Positions 1 through 14,545 are shown, numbered from the stretch's first letter. The stretch: 64,000 nucleotides of DNA from Eledone cirrhosa (GCA_964016885.1 OZ024740.1:89032001-89096000); one strand, 5' to 3'. A program made the numbers and translations. The notes: generated from the letters alone by a model not told the origin.

Positions 1-429
1 GGGAAAATGGGATCGTTTTATTGAATGGCTTCATTCATTCGAAGGGTTTTACAATATTCACTCTGTTATAATTTCTTCAATAATTGCAATGACTTCCTCA
101 ATTGTTCTGTGTTTGTTCTTGAGCGCTAAGGCAGTGAGTTTGCTATTCTTATACATAAGTTTGTTGAACAAGTTCGATACGTTTGGAACTCAAACTTCCC
201 CGGCTTATTCACTCTGAATGAAGAAAGCTGGATGGCAGAAGAACTTATGATTTAAACAGCTATTGATCGTTCCACAAAAAAAATTGATCTGCCATAAAAA
301 CACCTAGCAAAGGTTGCTATTGAAAATCCAGTATTGGCACCGATGGTCACTCGCATTTTCAGGCGCACTCTGGGAACTGCGAATAATCCCATTTTTCCTA
401 GGTCAAAAATTTCAATGGAGTTGTAAGAT

Positions 430-560
430 GATTAAATCTACGCCAGTGCGTTACTGGTACTTTATTTTAGTCGATCCCGTAAGGATGAAAGGATTAAACC
501 CAGAACCTACAGGGCCGTAACAATATATCGCAAAGCATGTTGTTTGACGCTCTACCGATT
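430..560 (-). mobile_element. tRNA-derived SINE fragment (same family as 5025-5213)
   Basis: ccagtgcgttactggtacttttattttagtcgatcccgtaaggatgaaagg...ctctaccgatt matches the reverse complement of the SINE copies at 5025 and 7388. Confidence 0.75.
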
Positions 561-746
561 ATAATAAACAATGTCTTAGGTAGTTTCCATGTGATTTCGT
601 AGTCGCTAAAAAAGTCCATTTAAAATATGCTTGTGTGTGTGAGAGTTCGGCAATTTCTGTAATGTACGGAAGAATGCCGAAAACACAGATACATACACAC
701 ATACAAATAGTTATATAAATACATAATAAATACTAACGCAGATGCA

Positions 747-819
<73 letters not shown>

Positions 820-893
820 TGTCTATAGAATCACAAGATAAAATATAATTTTCAACTGTCGAAAATTGCAAACTTGACGGTCACCACATATTA

Positions 894-932
894 TGAACCT
901 GAAGATTGCGAAAGCATGAAAGTACTTGTTCA
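894..932 (+). ncRNA. Minimal type I hammerhead ribozyme
   Basis: TGAAC-CTGAAGA-T-TGC GAAA GCA-T-GAAA-GTAC-TT-GTTCA: stem I TGAAC/GTTCA, GNRA-capped stem II, palindromic stem III AAGTACTT. Confidence 0.8.
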
Positions 933-1100
933 ATTAACACTTAGAATTTAATATTCTATCATACTATTTCATTATAATGCCATTATAAATTTTAAACGAT
1001 TGTAAATAAAACGAGTAAATCAGACAAAGTTGGAATTCCTCTTATTAATATTAATATAATCTTCTATACACAATCATACACACCCGTGTATATTTATCTA

Positions 1101-1181
<81 letters not shown>

Positions 1182-1185
1182 GCGT

Positions 1186-1234
<49 letters not shown>

Positions 1235-1237
<3 letters not shown>

Positions 1238-1470
1238 GTGGGACACTGGAAGGCAATATCCGTAGTGGTAGAGCACTCAGTCCAAGGGACGAGTTAGATA
1301 GAAGTGGTTACACAACAGTTAGTTCACCATACCGAGAACAATTGTTTCAGCTTCGCGGATCTTCAGCTCGGGATGTATATGGTTATAGGAACAGGAAAGA
1401 CAACCGTACGAACGCGCATGCGCAGAAACTCGGTCACTTCACACAGGCAAGAGTAGACTGCGTGCGGGGG
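1235..1470 (-). mobile_element. Solo PLE pLTR remnant (Naiad-type family, homologous to 6550-6680)
   Basis: 1303-1425 is the reverse complement of 6555-6679; contains an HHR motif and GCGCATGCGC; (TA)n at the left flank. Confidence 0.65.
1332..1371 (-). ncRNA. Minimal hammerhead ribozyme (stem II eroded)
   Basis: Minus strand CCGAG-CTGAAGA-TCCGCGAAGCT-GAAA-CAATTG-TT-CTCGG; stem I CCGAG/CTCGG, palindromic stem III AACAATTGTT. Confidence 0.7.
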
Positions 1471-1746
1471 GGGGGGTTATTAAGTATTTGTATGTGTGTA
1501 TGTATCTGTGTTTTCGGCATTCTTCCGTACATTACAGAAATTGCCGAACTCTCACACACACAAGCATATTTTAAAATTGACTAAACAAATTTAAAGTAGA
1601 GTGAGACTGTCACTACTCTAAAACAATAGCGTAAGATCTTCGAAATGCTTTTAATTAAGCATACATGTATTGCAAAATACACTATATATATACATTCATA
1701 TATATATCGCTATTTCAGAGCACCAATTCTAATTTATATACATACA

Positions 1747-1786
<40 letters not shown>

Positions 1787-2010
1787 ATATATATACAGTA
1801 TTTAAGCGCAGACCCAGCCTCAGACAAACAGATGCGGCAAAAAAAAAAAAAAAATTGTCCGGGAAGGACTGCCGTAACACCGGCCAGAGTTACCTCCCTT
1901 GACCTGCTGCAAAATCAACACAAGCTATTTTTGCGAGCAATGAACCTTGATGTGGATTTAACCCCCAAAACTCTTTCCGAGCAATATAAGGAACACTTTT
2001 CATTATTTAT

Positions 2011-2050
2011 GCTCTTGAGAAGCCCAACTGGGCGAAACGTACGTAGGTGC
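2011..2050 (+). ncRNA. Degenerate hammerhead ribozyme remnant
   Basis: GCTCTTGAGAA-GCCC AACT GGGC-GAAA-CGTACG-TA-GGTGC; stem II and palindromic stem III intact, CUGANGA box mutated. Confidence 0.5.
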
Positions 2051-2288
2051 TGTTTTAAATAAACATGTTTTAACGGTCTATTATCCGAGTTTTTACTTTC
2101 CCACGTATATATATATATATATCATGAACTGTTTAGCGACTACGAATACGGCCGGAAACTACCGAAGACATTATTTATTATTTACATAGTAAACTATGCA
2201 CCTAAGAGACATGATGGGTGTAAGTAAAATAAGAATAAAAAATAATATTAATAAGTTAACCACAATATGAAGTTGTACTTATGTACCA

Positions 2289-3732
<1,444 letters not shown>

Positions 3733-4132
3733 AATTATAAATCGTTATTATAACCGTATAAGTTTGCTTGGCTGGGCACATACATATGTGCACACACACA
3801 TACACATAGGTACATTGCATACATATAAATACATATAAATTTACACACATACATGAGTGGATATATACGTACATACATATACGTGCACACACATATATAT
3901 ATATATTTATATATATATACACAGACACAGACAGACACATGCATAGACACATAAGTACATACATAAATACATACATACATACACATATATACATAAATAC
4001 ACATATATATATATACCCATATACATACAAACCTACATCTATACGCACTCACACTCAAACAAAAATACTCACATACATACCATACATACATACACACATA
4101 CATACGCACAACATTTTCCTATAGTGTATATA

Positions 4133-4896
4133 TCTCTCTATATAAAATTCTGTGACTGTCTGTCTGTTTCGATGCATTCTCTAACGGCTGGACCAAATCA
4201 AATCAAATTTTATAAGGTTAATTGTATTAGACCCCCGGAGTGTCAACATGTAATTTTTATTTTCCTTCGGATTAAAACAATATAAGGTTTTATTTAAAAT
4301 CTTATTTTTATAGTCAACTATAGTAAACTACGACGACGACGACGAAGACTCACATTTTGTGTATGAGTGTGTATGTGAGTGTGAGTGTGTGTGTGTATGT
4401 CTTTATGCGTTCGTTATGGATGTTAGGCCACAGAGAATTAAGCACTCACACATCTACACATACATACACATAATGTGTGTGAGTGTATAATGAGAGCGTC
4501 GACATCACATTTTCTATGTGTATGTTTCTGTCTTAATATATGTATGTGAATGTATGTTAGAGTGTATGTGTGTGTGAGTGTGTGTGAGAGGAGAGTGTAT
4601 GTGTGTGTTTGTGTGTGCGTGTTTGCACGTTCATTAGGTACGTTATTAAATACACACACACATCTACACATACATAAATTACACAATGAATGTTGTTTAC
4701 CCTAAGGTACTTCAAGATTGACAGATTTTCATTTCTAAATTCTATTATCATTACAATTTTGATATATTTTTTATATAAAATATAGATATTTTGAAATAAT
4801 TATGAGGAAAAAAAACAACTTCATATTTCAGATTCGCATGTTTGCGAATCTGAATAAGAACAGCAGTAACCCGGGTAACGCCAGGTAATTCAGCTA

Positions 4897-4897
<1 letters not shown>
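4133..4897 (+). mobile_element. Non-autonomous Helitron-like element
   Basis: Begins A|TCTCTCTATATAAAATT...ctgtctgtctgtt and ends with hairpin CCCGGGTAACGCCAGG then CTAG|T, consistent with insertion between A and T. Confidence 0.65.
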
Positions 4898-4932
<35 letters not shown>

Positions 4933-5024
4933 TAAAATATCAGATTAAAGTTTAAGCAAAGAATCGCTGCTTTCACCCTTAACGGGATCTTCTGAAACTA
5001 TTATTATTACTATATATATATAAT

Positions 5025-5213
5025 GGCGGTGGATTTGCAGTATCGGTAGAGGGTCGGACGCCATGCTTTACAGCCCTTGTTACGCCCCTTGCCATTGTGA
5101 GTTCAAGTCCTGCTGAAGTTAACTTTGCCTTTCATCCTTACGGGGTCGATGAAATAAAGTACCAGTAATGTACTGGGATAATTGCTGGCCTTGTGCCAAA
5201 ATTAGAATCAATT
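5025..5213 (+). mobile_element. tRNA-derived SINE (octopus-type family)
   Basis: A-box-like tttgcagtatcgg, B-box gagttcaagtcc, core aactttgcctttcatccttacggggtcgat, tail gctggccttgtgcc; at least 7 copies or fragments in the window. Confidence 0.85.
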
Positions 5214-5320
5214 AGTACTATATATATATGTGTGTGTTCGGAAAATATTGTTTTGGTAAAAACAGGAGTAAGCAGGAGAAAGCTCTCAACAATCGTTATT
5301 TTTATTTACGATGAAGAATT

Positions 5321-6214
5321 TTATAAAAATAACAAAACACGATGCTGAGGTTGCATATATCGTTTAATCATAATAATTATTTCTACAGTACTCCATGCAA
5401 TCGAGATGTCCTTCATGCATTTGTTGTTGATTATGAGAACGGTATCCTCTGATGAAACCCGATATATTTGATATGTCGCAGGCAGGAAAAACACAAGTCC
5501 TACTGCGTGTGTGCCCAGCAGACATATGAGTTCCCTGAAGGGTTTGCCCACCGTCGTGTTCAGATAAAGCTATCAACGAAAAAATACGAAAAAAACCCCC
5601 CAAAACCGACGAACTGTGTGTATACACAACCCAGTAGAGAGTGGAAGCAATAAATGGAGCTCTGAGGGAGGTTGGGATATATATTTTGTTGACAACCATC
5701 TATAGACAACGACTACAACAACAACAACAACAACAACGACAACCACAATAACGACAACAACAGCAAACGGCCAACCAATATTGTCCACACTGGCCGCAAT
5801 AGTCGTAGTGAAACCCCTACCCTACTGACAACAACAACTAAAGCAACAGCTACTGTAAATACTTACAACAACAACGACAACAACAGCAATCGTAGTGATG
5901 GTATCACCCTGTCGCTAATAACAGCGATAACGCCAAATCAACATAAAGGAGTCCAGAGGTAGGTGGGTACACCATGACCATATATAGCAACAACAACAAT
6001 GGTAACGGCATATGTCTGCTTGGCACACAAGCAATAGGACGTGTGTTTTTCCTGCCAGCGACATATCAACCATATCGGGTTTCCTCTGAGGATACCGTTC
6101 TTATAATCAATAACAAATGCATGAAGGACATCTCGATTGCATGGAGAACCGTGGACATAATTATAATGATTAAACGATATATGTAACCTCAGCATATTAT
6201 TTTGTTATTTTTAT
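5321..6214. repeat. Inverted repeat with ~205-bp arms (5321-5528 / 6009-6214) around a (CAA)-rich spacer; probable PLE inverted-pLTR derivative
   Basis: Arms are diverged reverse complements; each carries part of a long-stem-II HHR motif; right end runs into (TA)n. Confidence 0.75.
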
Positions 6215-6227
6215 ATATATATATAAG

Positions 6228-6443
6228 GACTCAAGTGTAGACTACTCCATTCAATGGAAAGCCATCACTAAGTTCAAGCCATACGCAAGGGGAAATGCGT
6301 CGTGTGGACTATGTATTGATAAACGAATAAATATTCTAAAGAGATCATGCAATAGCGAATGCCTAAACACGAGAAATGAATTCTTCACACGTTGTCCACA
6401 CGTTTCGAAACACCTCTTACGTAACTACAAAGCTCCGGATTGA
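6228..6443 (+). pseudogene. C-terminal end of a Naiad-type PLE GIY-YIG endonuclease ORF
   Basis: Manual translation DSSVDYSIQWKAITKFKPYARGNASCGLCIDKRINILKRSCNSECLNTRNEFFTRCPHVSKHLLRNYKAPD* fits the YxIxW...PY...CxLC...LNxRxE...CxH pattern; followed by a pLTR with an HHR remnant at 6611-6648. Confidence 0.75.
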
Positions 6444-6676
6444 ATTGCAACAACATCCTAATTTTCTTATCAATTGGAAACTTTTCGGACTTTCGCAGTT
6501 ATCTCCCTTACACCTCTCGCACGCATTTTAGTATTGCCCGTGAAGTGATCGTTTCTGCGCATGCGCGTTTGTACGGTCGTCCTTCCTGTTCCGTATAACC
6601 ATGTCAATTACGAGCTGAGTCTCCGCTAAGGTGAAACAATTGTTCTCGGTATGGTGAACTAACTGTTGTGTAACCA

Positions 6677-6680
<4 letters not shown>
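6444..6680 (+). mobile_element. pLTR of Naiad-type PLE with mutated hammerhead (6611-6648)
   Basis: CGAG-CTGAGTC-TCCGCTAAGGT-GAAA-CAATTG-TT-CTCG; TGCGCATGCGC at 6556; ends in (TA)n. Confidence 0.65.
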
Positions 6681-6722
<42 letters not shown>

Positions 6723-7387
6723 TGTTGTGTAGCATAGGTATCCATGTAAAATGGTCATGATACAATAGACTAGGAGAAGTTCACAGAGAAGTTAATAAAT
6801 ACAAAAGATATCGGTGCCAGGAAAAGTATTAGGATAAATTAGCAGGAAGATGTGGACATATGTTTCTGCAGAATTACGAAATATTCGTCTAGATCCGCTG
6901 ACGACATTATATAATGTCCATTCGTATACACATTACCTATCTGGAATTATCGTTCATCAGATAGATAAATGATAAGGAAAAGGTTTGATATGTTCTCAGT
7001 TGCAAGGTCAGCATTTCTGAAATAAGCATCGCTTACTGCTGACAAAGTTAATATACACATTTCATTTTAGTGCACAATGAAAATCAGAATCAAAATATAA
7101 TATATAAATATTAAAAATAGTGAACAAAAATAAACATGAATTTACATGAATGACAATAATTATACTAAGTACAGTTAGTGAATTTGTATGTGGTAGGAGG
7201 GATTGCAGTCGAAATTACCAATGATAAGATTAGTATAGTTGTAAGTGGAGGATGGTTCAAAATGAAGGCTATAGCTTGTCAGGAAACGTATTGTATCATG
7301 AATTTTATAAGGAGGAAGACAAAGAAGTGAAAGAGAAAGAGAGAAGAGAATAGAGAAAAAGAAAGGAAAAACGAAATGACCAGTAAT

Positions 7388-7573
7388 GTGGATTGGCAGT
7401 ATCGGTAGAGTGTCGGACACCATGCTTTCCAGCATAGTTACGTCCCTTTACGATCTGAGTTCAAATCCCGCCGAGGTTGACTTTGCCTTTCATCCTTACG
7501 GGGTCGATAAAATAAAGTACCAGTAATGAACTGGGTAATTGCTGGCCTTGTGCCTAAATTACGAACAAATATT
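7388..7573 (+). mobile_element. tRNA-derived SINE
   Basis: ttggcagtatcgg A box, gagttcaaatccc B box, same core and tail as 5025. Confidence 0.85.
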
Positions 7574-7579
7574 AAGATT

Positions 7580-7930
7580 TAAACTGAGGGGAAAATATTA
7601 GATATAACTATGGTTTCAAGTGACTTCGCCCATGTTACGTACATTGTCGGAATCTATTTCACACATAACCTACATCTTCAAGACGGAATATATAGAGAGG
7701 GCGCTCTTCTACTTGTTAAGGATTCCAACTTGAACAAAGAAGGAAAGCTATAAAATCCTTCTTTTAAGCGCTTAGATCTTAAAATATCTTCGACCAGAGC
7801 TTTTAGATAAGCTGATTTCTTAGTCATGACGCTAGGCTACAACCTTGGCCTATATGAACCCTTTCACAAGTATAACGACAATCTGAAATATGTTAATCTG
7901 TATTCAAATCCCCCAAGATCTATTATCATC
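7580..7930 (+). pseudogene. Decayed Naiad-type PLE reverse transcriptase fragment
   Basis: Manual translation gives LDITMVSSDFAHVTYIVGIY (cf. FDVTMGSxDGAEVCELVG), DGIYREGAL (cf. GLYRDDGL), ADFLVMTL and YEPFHKYNDNLKYVNLYSNPPRSII (cf. YxP..KPN...Y....SNHP..I); internal stops present. Confidence 0.65.
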
Positions 7931-9418
7931 CTACAACTAATTGTTTTATCGGAGACATTGTATATCTCTCAATGTTGATGTTCTCATTCAATTCATCAAA
8001 GAAAACGTGCTTTATACTCTTTATTTGTATATATTCTTAGTATTTTTTTTCTACTTCATTGTTCAAGCCTCAATCATTTAGCTTATCATTTAGTTTTGTA
8101 GTGAAGTAGTTGCCAGTTTCATTAGAACATTAATATGAAATATGACAACTTTTTAACATGTCAGTAGCTTGATATGGTTTTTGACTCGTAATTATAGATT
8201 TATTTAAAAAAAGTAATTGGGCTTACTGCAACCTCTCTATCAGATGCACACATGAAATAATGGAATCATTGCAAATCATTGTTAAAAGTCCAAATATTTT
8301 TGACAATCTCAATAGTTTCCAAATTAATTCTTTCTCTTCTTACTTTACAATTTTCCCTTCTATTGTTAATTATATGTGAAATCTTATTACATTCTGCACC
8401 TGGCCAGACGTTGTTGAAATAACTAGAATTGCTATTTCTGTAATAGCGTCTCCTCTCACGCACTTTACACAGTTTTCACTGAAAATGACACAATGTTTAT
8501 AAAGGCACATCTCTCATGTGAATGTTACACAATTAAATGAGATTAATTATGTGTATTTCTAACTTTAGGAGCTGTAAATGTTTAGTGAACATTCAAATTA
8601 GACGAATATTAGTTCATTTACGATTATTTAATGTTAGTATTGATATAGTGGAGAGTTATCTAGAATATTGTAGGCAATGTTGGGCATAAGACAATATTGA
8701 AAATTGAAATATACATGAAATCAGAATATATTCGTTCAGGTTTTGGATAGATTACTTTGTATCAGCGCTGTCAAATAAGATTTGCTACAACCATTATGAA
8801 AATGATTATAAATAAACATGATAATTCTTTATCTAAGAAATAATTACGAATAGGAAAATCCTGAAATGCAATTTAATTTAAAAAAAAAAAAATAGAATGC
8901 GCGTTTAATTCAAACAATATTATTATCAAATCATTGAAAACACTTAAATCTTTGTAAGCCCTAGAACATTTCTGTTTTTTGAATTAAGACATTGATACTG
9001 AATCTTCTCCAGTAGCTGAAACTTTTCCGGTAGTTGAGTGCATTATATACTTTCATGATGAAAAATCTGCACATACGTATAGTATGTCCATATGAGAAGA
9101 GAGTTGTATGCACAATTAGAAACATACGTTTCTGTTATGAGATAAATTTTAGTTGCTGGAAAGATATCGTCGCATGTATCTGTCAAAAACACAATGTAGA
9201 ATATATGCAGCGTTTGAAATCGGAGGTAGCAACATTTATATGTTGAAGACAGTAATCATAATGTACACACATAACCTATAAGATAGATACACACACACAA
9301 CACACACACATTTATATAGCCGTCGAAACGGCTTGAGCTCTGCCGTCGGGGTCATCCACTTTCCTATATATAATTATATATATATATATACACTTATATA
9401 TATATATATATACACTTT

Positions 9419-9534
<116 letters not shown>

Positions 9535-9535
9535 G

Positions 9536-9785
9536 TGGAGGCACGTGGCCTAGTGGTAATGGTGTCGGACTTACGATCATAATTACACAGGTTCGATTCC
9601 TGGGTTGCGTGTTGTGTTCTTGAGAAAAGCACTTCATTTCACGTTGCCCCAGTATTCCCAGCTGAGAACGAGTACCAGCAATAGCTGGGGGATTAACGCT
9701 GCATTGAACTGGCGCGTCGCGTCATGAAACAGGGTTAAGCACCAGCCAATTGAGCCTTCTGCCTTTAGACAGACTTTCGACTTTA
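9536..9785 (+). mobile_element. tRNA-derived SINE of a second family (Meta/V-like core)
   Basis: tggcctagtggtaa A box, ggttcgattcct B box, core tgttgtgttcttgagaaaagcacttcatttcac; related fragment at 30140-30320. Confidence 0.8.
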
Positions 9786-9987
9786 TATATATATGGATCA
9801 AAGTCATAGAGAACAAATATATATTTAATCATAGTCACAGATACATATATGAGCTTTGGCAGCCTTCTATATTTCTTCAAAGTTACATTCTAAACCTAGC
9901 TCCGTTTAAATGATTATTTATCTAATTAATTTCTGCGGACTAAGAGGAAAGATTGGGTAATTTATCTGACTATTCTTCAAACTTATA

Positions 9988-10056
<69 letters not shown>

Positions 10057-10261
10057 ATGAATTTTACTAATACATCGAAAGCGGTAATGCTTTATATACT
10101 TTATATACATTATAACACTCTTTTTTAAAAGAATTGCTCCTCTCATTTTTTTTAATAGTGCCAATTTAACGAATCAAGGAAAGGAAAAAAAAACACAAAA
10201 AAAAACAGACTCTAAAATATATTTTCGGTTGTATTTCCAACTTCACTTACTCTCTCTCTCT

Positions 10262-10358
<97 letters not shown>

Positions 10359-10415
10359 CACACACACACATATATATATATATATATAAATATTAATATA
10401 TATATATATATATAT

Positions 10416-12365
10416 ATAAAGAATTAGTATATCTACCAACGCATTTATACAGATGTATACCTACGCTAGCAAAGATATAGGTTTTGTCTTAGCAACTTTG
10501 TGGTTCAATATAAAGAGATGTAGAACAATTATATAAAAGACGTAGAATAAGAAAATTAGAGTAATTAACTTACTTAAATTTCACTCCAACTAATTAGTTT
10601 CTGAAAGGGGATATACATAATCTCAGATGGAGACGATGGAGAATCCTTTCTTCATCAGGGAGTTATTATCGGCTAAGATTCCTGGCAATACGCGGACACA
10701 GGGAACTTATACAAACATAATTCAGTGGATGGAAAAAAGCAAACGCGGACTAAATTCCAAGACATTGAAAATTTCACTGCCTTCCTGGTCAGTGGCAAAT
10801 TCAAAAGAATCAATCACGTGACATCGAGGTTAATCATGAGGAGTGGGGTGTTAAAAATACAGTAGGCAAACTAATACTATGAACCATATTAGTAATTTAG
10901 CCAAAGACAATAAAGATAATTCTTTTTAATTATCTCCAAATTATTTTGTTGAGCAAACTTTTGCCTAAATTACTACTATGCTTCATAGTATTAGTTTGGC
11001 CACTGTCTTTTTAACACCCCACTCCTCACAGATTAACCTCGATGTCACCTGATTGGTTCTTTTGAATTTGCCACTGACCAGGAAGGCAGTGACATTTTCA
11101 ATGTCTTGGAATTTAGTCCGCGCTTGCTTTTTTCCACCCACTGAATTATTTTTGTATAAGTTCCCTGTGTCCGCGTATTGCCAGGATTCTTAGCTGAGAA
11201 TGACTCCCCGATGAAGAAAGTGTTCTCCGTGGTCTCTATTTGAAGACTATGTATATCTCCTTTCAGAAACTAATTAGTTGGAATGAAATATAAGTAAGTA
11301 TGTTAATTACTATAATTTTCTTATTTTACGTCTTTTATATAATTGTTCTACATCTCTTTGTATTGAACCACAAAGTTTCTAAGACCAAACCTATATCTTT
11401 GCTCGCGTAGGTATACATCTGTATAAATGAGTTGGTAGATATACTAATTCTTTATAATTATTTCCAAATTATTTTGTTGAGCAAAAATTTGCCTAAATTA
11501 CTACTATGGTTCATAGTATTAGTTTGGCTACTGTCTTTTTAACACCCCACTCCTCATGATTAACCTCGATGTCAGGAGATTGATTCTTTTGAATTTGCCA
11601 CTGACCAGGAAGGCAGTGAAATTGTCAATGTCTTGGAATTTAGACCGCGCTTGCTTTTTTCCATCCACTGAATTATTTTTGTATAAGTTCCCTGTGTCCG
11701 CGTATTGCCAGGAATCTTTGCCCAGAATGACTCCCTGATGAAGAAAGGATTCTCCATGGTCTCCATTTGAAGACTATGTATATCCCCTTTCAGAAACTAA
11801 TTAGTTGGAGTGAAATTACTATAATTTTCTTATTTTACGTATTTTATATAATTGTTCTACATCTCTTTTTATTGAACCACAAAGTTGCTAAGACAAAACA
11901 TATATCTTTGCTAGCGTAGATATACATCTGTATAAATGCTGTAGTAGATTTACCAATTCTTTAAAATTATCTCCAAATTATTTTGTTGAGCAAAAATTTG
12001 CCTAAATTACTACTATGGTCCATAGTATTAGTTTAGCGACTGTCTTTTTAACACCCCACACCTCACTGATTAACCTCGATGTCACGTGATTGATTCTTTT
12101 GAATTTGCCACTGACCAGGAAGGCAGTGACATTTTCAATGTCTTGGAATTTAATCTGCGCTTGCTTTTTTCTATGTACCTAATTATTTTTGTATAAGTTC
12201 CCTGTGTCCGCGCATTGCCAGAAATCTTAGCCGAGAATAACTTCCCGATGAAGAAAGGATTCTCCATGGGCTCCATTTGAACTATGTATATCCCCTTTCA
12301 GAAACTAATTAGTTGGAGTGAAATTTAAGTAAATAAGTTAATTACTATCATTTTCTTATTTTACG

Positions 12366-12372
<7 letters not shown>
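10416..12372. repeat. Block of ~510-530-bp units: one plus copy (10416-10925) inverted against three tandem minus copies (10929-11454, 11457-11963, 11966-12372 truncated)
   Basis: The same 64-aa ORF recurs at 10627(+), 11572(-) and 12082(-); shared text such as ttgccactgaccaggaaggcagtga; (TA)n at both ends. Confidence 0.9.
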
Positions 12373-12412
<40 letters not shown>

Positions 12413-12471
12413 ATTAAGGCACGTGATCATACGCCTTTTCAACATCGACAAAAAAATATATATATATAGGT

Positions 12472-12662
12472 AATAATTGTTTCTACTTCAGGCACAAGGC
12501 CAGCAATTACCCAGTGCATTACTGGTACTTTTATTTTATCGACCCCGTAAGGATGAAAGGCAAAGTCAACCTCGGCAGGATTTGAACTCAGATCGTAAAG
12601 TCGCGTAATTATGCTGGAAAGCATGGCATCCGACCCTCTACCGATACTGCCAATCCACCACC
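12472..12662 (-). mobile_element. tRNA-derived SINE
   Basis: Reverse complement of the 7388 family. Confidence 0.85.
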
Positions 12663-12699
12663 CTGGTAATAATACCACCATTTCTCGAATACCGGCCGC

Positions 12700-14215
12700 A
12701 GAGTGAATATTAGTCCGGTTGTGATGCATCCGGGGTGAAAACCACACTGTCCATCAGCTAGCTTGGACTTAACAATCTCCATCCGTCTCTTTGCCAGTCA
12801 CTTATCATAGACATTATCGGGGAAGTTTAGCAAGGAGATCCCTCTGTAATTGGAGCAATGTCTCTTGTCCCCCTTTTTGAAAATTGGGTTTATCACTTCC
12901 GATTGTCATTGCTTAAGTGCATTTCCAGTGATCCAGGCCACTCGGCAAATGAATACCTTCTGTATGTAAGGCTTTTAACTTCACAGCCCCGACTTCATCT
13001 CCACTAGCGGCCTGGCCACATTTGAGTCCTGGCTCCTGAGAGATCAGTCTCCGCTCGCAGATGCATTACGTGTACATCCAAACATGCTTGTGTGATCAGG
13101 TTTAGAAAATCAGTAAGGTATTCTCCACACGTCACTAGGATACGCCTATCAGAAGAGAGGAGAACTATTAATAGCGGGTGTGTGGGAGGGATTCGTATTA
13201 CAGTCGGCGTATGGTCTGCCAGAAAACTATATTTGCTGATTTGAAGTTGGCTTCCAGCATAACCACAACATCCTGCCATGCGATTACTTTGGACGCATTT
13301 ACTGTCTCTGCTGCGATGCTTCGTGCCTGTCTGTCCCACAAGTGTAGGAAATAACTTATTTCCAGGTGAATCTTTGAAAGTCTCCTTCTTTGCTCGGATG
13401 GAATCTTTGTGCCCTTGATGCATTCCTACCATCCGACTCCACACCTGGTGCCAAAAATAGAAATATTTGTTTAACAGTTGAAGCTGAAGCTGCTGTGATG
13501 AACTGTCTTGAGTATGTTTATAAAATTATCAGGGAGTTCTCTGAATTTGGATGCAATAGTATCTGCATACCTGGTCTTGCCATCCCTATCCAACATTGCA
13601 TCGCACTTTATCGTGTAGCTCACCGTGTACCTGCCTGTTTTCTGGGCCTCTTTGACTTTAGTTAGCCGCAAGCTACAGATAACTAGATGGTGTTCAGTCG
13701 ACAGCTCAGCATCTCTCTTAATACGAACATCCAACACAGAATGGAAGAGATCAGGCGCAATAACGAAATCAATTATTGAGCTCACTCCTTGATTTCCTAT
13801 ATACCATTTGTATCTTCTTGTAGAAGATGTTCATAATAGAGAGTACGTTTACTAGAACAGAGGTCTAGTAAGTCCTCTCCATTTGTATTTAGATTGGGGT
13901 CGTCATTCCTCCCGATCACTCTTTTCCATGTCAGGTAGTCAGAGCCAACAGGTGCATTGAAGTCTCCCATCAGGATATATGCCACCAACTTAACTACATC
14001 TAACGCTGCAGTGACTTCATCAAGGAAGGACCTGTATTCCGGATAGCAAAAATGTCTGCCTTCATCCCACGCCTCCCAGGGCAGGTCGCAGGTCCAGTGC
14101 TAGATTTTGTTACATGGAATTGAGACTGCAATATATTCTTCGAACACGCACCTCTGCATAAGGCCTGACGGGTCCCTTGTTAACCCGGGCAAAGGACGAT
14201 GTGGTATGTTTCTTT
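12700..14215 (-). mobile_element. Decayed RTE-clade LINE (5' region, APE endonuclease and start of RT)
   Basis: ILMGDFNAPVG...IGRN.DPNLNTNGEDLLDLCS and SSIIDFVIAPDLFHSVLDVRIKRDAELSTEHHLVICSL are APE motifs; frameshifted. Confidence 0.75.
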
Positions 14216-14545
14216 GCTTTTCTCATCATATTACAGTTTCAGTTTCTGTGGTCTTATTTGCGCCAGTCACCAGTCTGGTACTTTGTAAAACCCGCGAAGT
14301 TTAAATATTAAAAGACAATATGGATGTACTTGCATATTTCATGTGATTAAGGAGTTGTGATTCACTGTAATATAATACTGTGTTGAAAATGATGTTATCC
14401 TGGGTGAGGTTGGCGATGAGTTTGGTATGATATTCTTTGTATGTTTCTGACGGTACTGTAAATTGAGCGTAGAAACGAGTCTCAAAATCGTGATATATCT
14501 AGTCACGCACACACACAAACTCATACACACACACACGCACACGCA

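Noticed and set aside
8266-9070. Possible host exons on the minus strand (acceptor-like ttttcag at ~8480 and gtgcag at ~9067)
   Set aside because: No recognisable protein motif, the frames close quickly, and no consistent exon chain can be built
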